Assembly (NCBI GenBank): GCA_035548835.1
Contig: DASZSB010000086.1
Span: forward strand, 5,094-69,093
Direction: 5' to 3'
Source: Gammaproteobacteria bacterium
Lineage (GTDB): Bacteria > Pseudomonadota > Gammaproteobacteria > Steroidobacterales > Rariloculaceae
DNA: 64,000 nt
Shown here: positions 61,692-64,000 of the stretch, in pieces
How positions within the stretch are numbered: the first letter of the stretch is position 1
Layout: every line of letters begins with the position of its first letter
Notes under the pieces: generated by a model
Databases searched by the model: none
What the model saw: the letters and a program-made list of their open reading frames with translations, nothing else
What the model was told of the DNA's origin: nothing
Program-made: the position numbers and the translations under genes

Positions 61692-63638
61692 TCAGTTCGC
61701 GGCGGCGGCCGCCTGCGTGGCCGGGCGGCCGCGTTCCGCGGCCTCGGCGCGCAGCTGCTCGATGGCCGCGGCGAGCGGCTGGCTCGACTGCCCCTGGTGC
61801 CCGAGCCGGCGCAGCGCGACCGTTCGCTCGGCGACCTCGCGCTTGCCGGCCGCGAGGATCACCGGGATCTTCGCGAGGCTGTGTTCGCGCACCTTGTAGT
61901 TGATCTTCTCGTTGCGCACGTCGGCTTCCGCTCGCAGGCCCGCGGCGCGCAGCTGCGCGACCACCTCGGCGGCATACGCGTCCGCGTCGGACGTGATCGT
62001 CGCGACCACGACCTGCACGGGCGACAGCCAGAACGGCAGCGCGCCCGCGTAGTTCTCGAGCAGGATGCCGATGAAGCGCTCGAGCGAGCCGAAGATCGCG
62101 CGGTGCAGCATCACCGGCGTGTGCCGGTTGCCGTCCTCGCCGATGTACGTGGCGCCGAGCCGGCCCGGCATGTTCAGGTCCACCTGCAGCGTGCCGCACT
62201 GCCAGTCGCGGCCGATCGCGTCGCGCAGCACGAACTCGATCTTCGGGCCGTAGAACGCACCCTCGCCCCGGTTGTAGGTGAACGCAAGGCCGAGCGAGCG
62301 CATCGCGTTCTCGAGCGCGGCCTCGGCCTTGTCCCACACCTCGTCGCTGCCGACGCGCTTCGGCGGCCGGTCGGCCAGCTTCATTACCACGTCGTCGAAG
62401 CCGAAGTCGCGGTAGATGTCGAGCAGCAGGCGGCACACGTTGCCGGCCTCGGCGGTGATCTGATCCTCCGTGCAGAACACGTGCGCGTCGTCCTGCGTGA
62501 ACGCGCGCACGCGCATGAGCCCGTGCAACGCGCCCGAAGGCTCGAAGCGGTGCACCTTGCCGAACTCCGCGACGCGGTAGGGCAGGTCGCGGTAGCTGCG
62601 CAGGTCGCTCTTGAACACCTGGATGTGGCCCGGGCAGTTCATGGGCTTCACGACCAGCGTGTGCTCGTCGCGCGTCTCGCTGACGAACATGTTTTCGCCG
62701 AACGTGTGCCAGTGGCCGGACGCCTCCCACAGCGAGCGCGACATCAGCTCCGGAGTGTTGACCTCCGTGTAGCCGGCCGCGCCCTGCTTGGCGCGCAGGT
62801 ACTCGACCAGCGTGCGGAACAGCGTCCAGCCCTTCGCGTGCCAGAACACGGCACCCACGGCCTCGTCCTGGAAGTGGAAGAGATCCATCTGCCGCCCGAG
62901 CTTGCGGTGATCGCGCCGCTCGGCTTCCTCGAGCCGCTCGAGATAGGCCTTGAGCTCCTTCGCGTCGGCCCACGCGGTGCCGTACACGCGCTGCAGCATC
63001 TCGTTGCGCGAGTCGCCGCGCCAGTAGGCGCCCGCGAGCTTCAGCAGCTTGAAACCGGCGCCGAGGCGGCCCGTGTTCGGCAGGTGAGGGCCGCGGCAAA
63101 GATCGATGAACGCGCCCTGCCGGTACAGCGTGATCGGCTCGCCGGCCGGAATCGCACTGATGATCTCGGCCTTGTACTTCTCGCCCTGATCCAGGAAGAA
63201 CTGCACGGCCGCGTCGCGATCCCAGACCTCGCGCACGATCTTCTCGTCGCGCGCCACGATCTCGTGCATGCGCGCCTCGATGCGCTCGAGATCCTCGGGC
63301 GTGAAGGGCTCCTTGCGCGCGAAGTCGTAGTAGAAGCCGTTCTCGATGGCCGGGCCGATCGTGACCTGCGTCTCGGGGTAGAGCTCCTTCACGGCTTCCG
63401 CCATCACGTGCGCCGCGTCGTGGCGCAGCAGTTCGAGCCCGTCCGGCGTGCCGCGCGTGACGATCTCGACGCTCGCGTCGTGCTCGATGGGACGCGTGAG
63501 GTCGCGCAGCTCGCCGTTCACGCGGATCGCGACGGCGTCGCGCTCGAGGCGCGAGCCGATGCTGCGCGCCACGGCCAGGCCGTCGACGGGGGTCGGGAAG
63601 GCTCGCTCGGAGCCGTCAGGCAGCTTGATGGTTGGCAT
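61692..63638 (-). CDS. thrS: Threonine--tRNA ligase
   Basis: 648 aa from [13 protein letters not shown] domain, HDAAHVMA editing motif, class II core (FRHE-like [16 protein letters not shown]) and anticodon-binding domain. Confidence 0.9.
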   Translation of the reverse strand: MPTIKLPDGSERAFPTPVDGLAVARSIGSRLERDAVAIRVNGELRDLTRPIEHDASVEIVTRGTPDGLELLRHDAAHVMAEAVKELYPETQVTIGPAIENGFYYDFARKEPFTPEDLERIEARMHEIVARDEKIVREVWDRDAAVQFFLDQGEKYKAEIISAIPAGEPITLYRQGAFIDLCRGPHLPNTGRLGAGFKLLKLAGAYWRGDSRNEMLQRVYGTAWADAKELKAYLERLEEAERRDHRKLGRQMDLFHFQDEAVGAVFWHAKGWTLFRTLVEYLRAKQGAAGYTEVNTPELMSRSLWEASGHWHTFGENMFVSETRDEHTLVVKPMNCPGHIQVFKSDLRSYRDLPYRVAEFGKVHRFEPSGALHGLMRVRAFTQDDAHVFCTEDQITAEAGNVCRLLLDIYRDFGFDDVVMKLADRPPKRVGSDEVWDKAEAALENAMRSLGLAFTYNRGEGAFYGPKIEFVLRDAIGRDWQCGTLQVDLNMPGRLGATYIGEDGNRHTPVMLHRAIFGSLERFIGILLENYAGALPFWLSPVQVVVATITSDADAYAAEVVAQLRAAGLRAEADVRNEKINYKVREHSLAKIPVILAAGKREVAERTVALRRLGHQGQSSQPLAAAIEQLRAEAAERGRPATQAAAAAN

Positions 63639-63796
63639 ATCGAACCGGTGTTGAAGGACGGCGAAACGGGGCGTTTGCGCCCGGGCGCATTGTACGCCAA
63701 CCGCGCGCAACGGCGGCCTCGCGGCACGTTGCGGCGCCGTGCTCGAATCACCCGTTGTACGATACCCGTGACCACCGACGACGAGCGGAAGGCCCG

Positions 63797-64000
63797 ATGA
63801 GCGAGCTTGCGATCCACATGTTTCCCTGCCTCAAGGACAACTACGGCTACCTGCTGCACGACGCGGACTCCGGGGTCACGGCGGCCGTCGATACGCCGGA
63901 CGCGGCGGCGATCCTGGCCGAGCTCGAGACCAAGGGGTGGCGCCTGACGCACATCCTGAACACGCATCACCACGCGGACCACGCGGGCGGCAACCTCGAG
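63797..64000 (+). CDS. gloB: Hydroxyacylglutathione hydrolase, N-terminal fragment running off the window
   Basis: Own translation: [68 protein letters not shown], with the HxHxDH metallo-beta-lactamase motif. Absent from the ORF track because no stop lies in the window. Confidence 0.8.
   Translation, partial: MSELAIHMFPCLKDNYGYLLHDADSGVTAAVDTPDAAAILAELETKGWRLTHILNTHHHADHAGGNLE

Noticed and set aside
1-64000. CRISPR arrays, IS elements, integrases, prophage genes, toxin-antitoxin pairs and recognisable anti-phage defence systems.
   Set aside because: I found no direct-repeat/spacer arrays, no transposase, recombinase, nuclease or helicase signatures in any plausible ORF, and no tRNA genes that could serve as integration sites. 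The only compositional anomalies are short promoter regions and the gap at 32014..32727.

Overview
High-GC proteobacterial chromosomal segment, densely coding, with about 65 supportable CDSs. I found no rRNA, tRNA, CRISPR array, transposase, integrase or phage gene. All calls rest on reading the ORF translations and the DNA by eye; no database search was run. Contents in order: the 3' end of an RND efflux gene; a quinol nitric-oxide reductase translationally coupled to nnrS; a four-gene operon of signal-peptide proteins of unknown function, divergent from a TlpA-like thioredoxin and a Tat-signal SDR; a zinc-ribbon membrane protein with a YpfJ-like HExxH protein; a divergent pair of citrate-synthase-family genes, one fused to an HTH domain, followed by an EamA transporter; fbp; a MetE-like protein; a multicopper oxidase; NfeD/SPFH; an orphan ParA; ygiQ; a membrane-protein/XRE pair; tatA and secF without their usual partners; lrp-leuA; trkH; a MarR-controlled MFP/RND pump; a substrate-binding-protein/Pro-rich-protein/OxyR-like operon; a histidine kinase, double-receiver regulator and TonB-C-domain protein operon next to a Cys-rich TonB-C protein; ttcA; a receiver-Ser/Thr-kinase fusion; thrS; and the 5' end of gloB. 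The most unusual locus is the roughly 710-bp non-coding gap at 32014..32727. It is locally A/T-enriched and holds a 13-nt perfect complement to the canonical 16S rRNA 3' tail placed 7 nt before an ATG, a 23-codon sORF, an intrinsic terminator, and a GC-rich segment with a 15-bp long-range helix. I could not assign it to any RNA family I know. The other candidates for undescribed biology are the secreted-protein operon at 4893..7664, the HTH-citrate-synthase module at 14412..17624 and the two-component/TonB-C cluster at 52210..57640. None of these is demonstrated; they are hypotheses with explicit tests.
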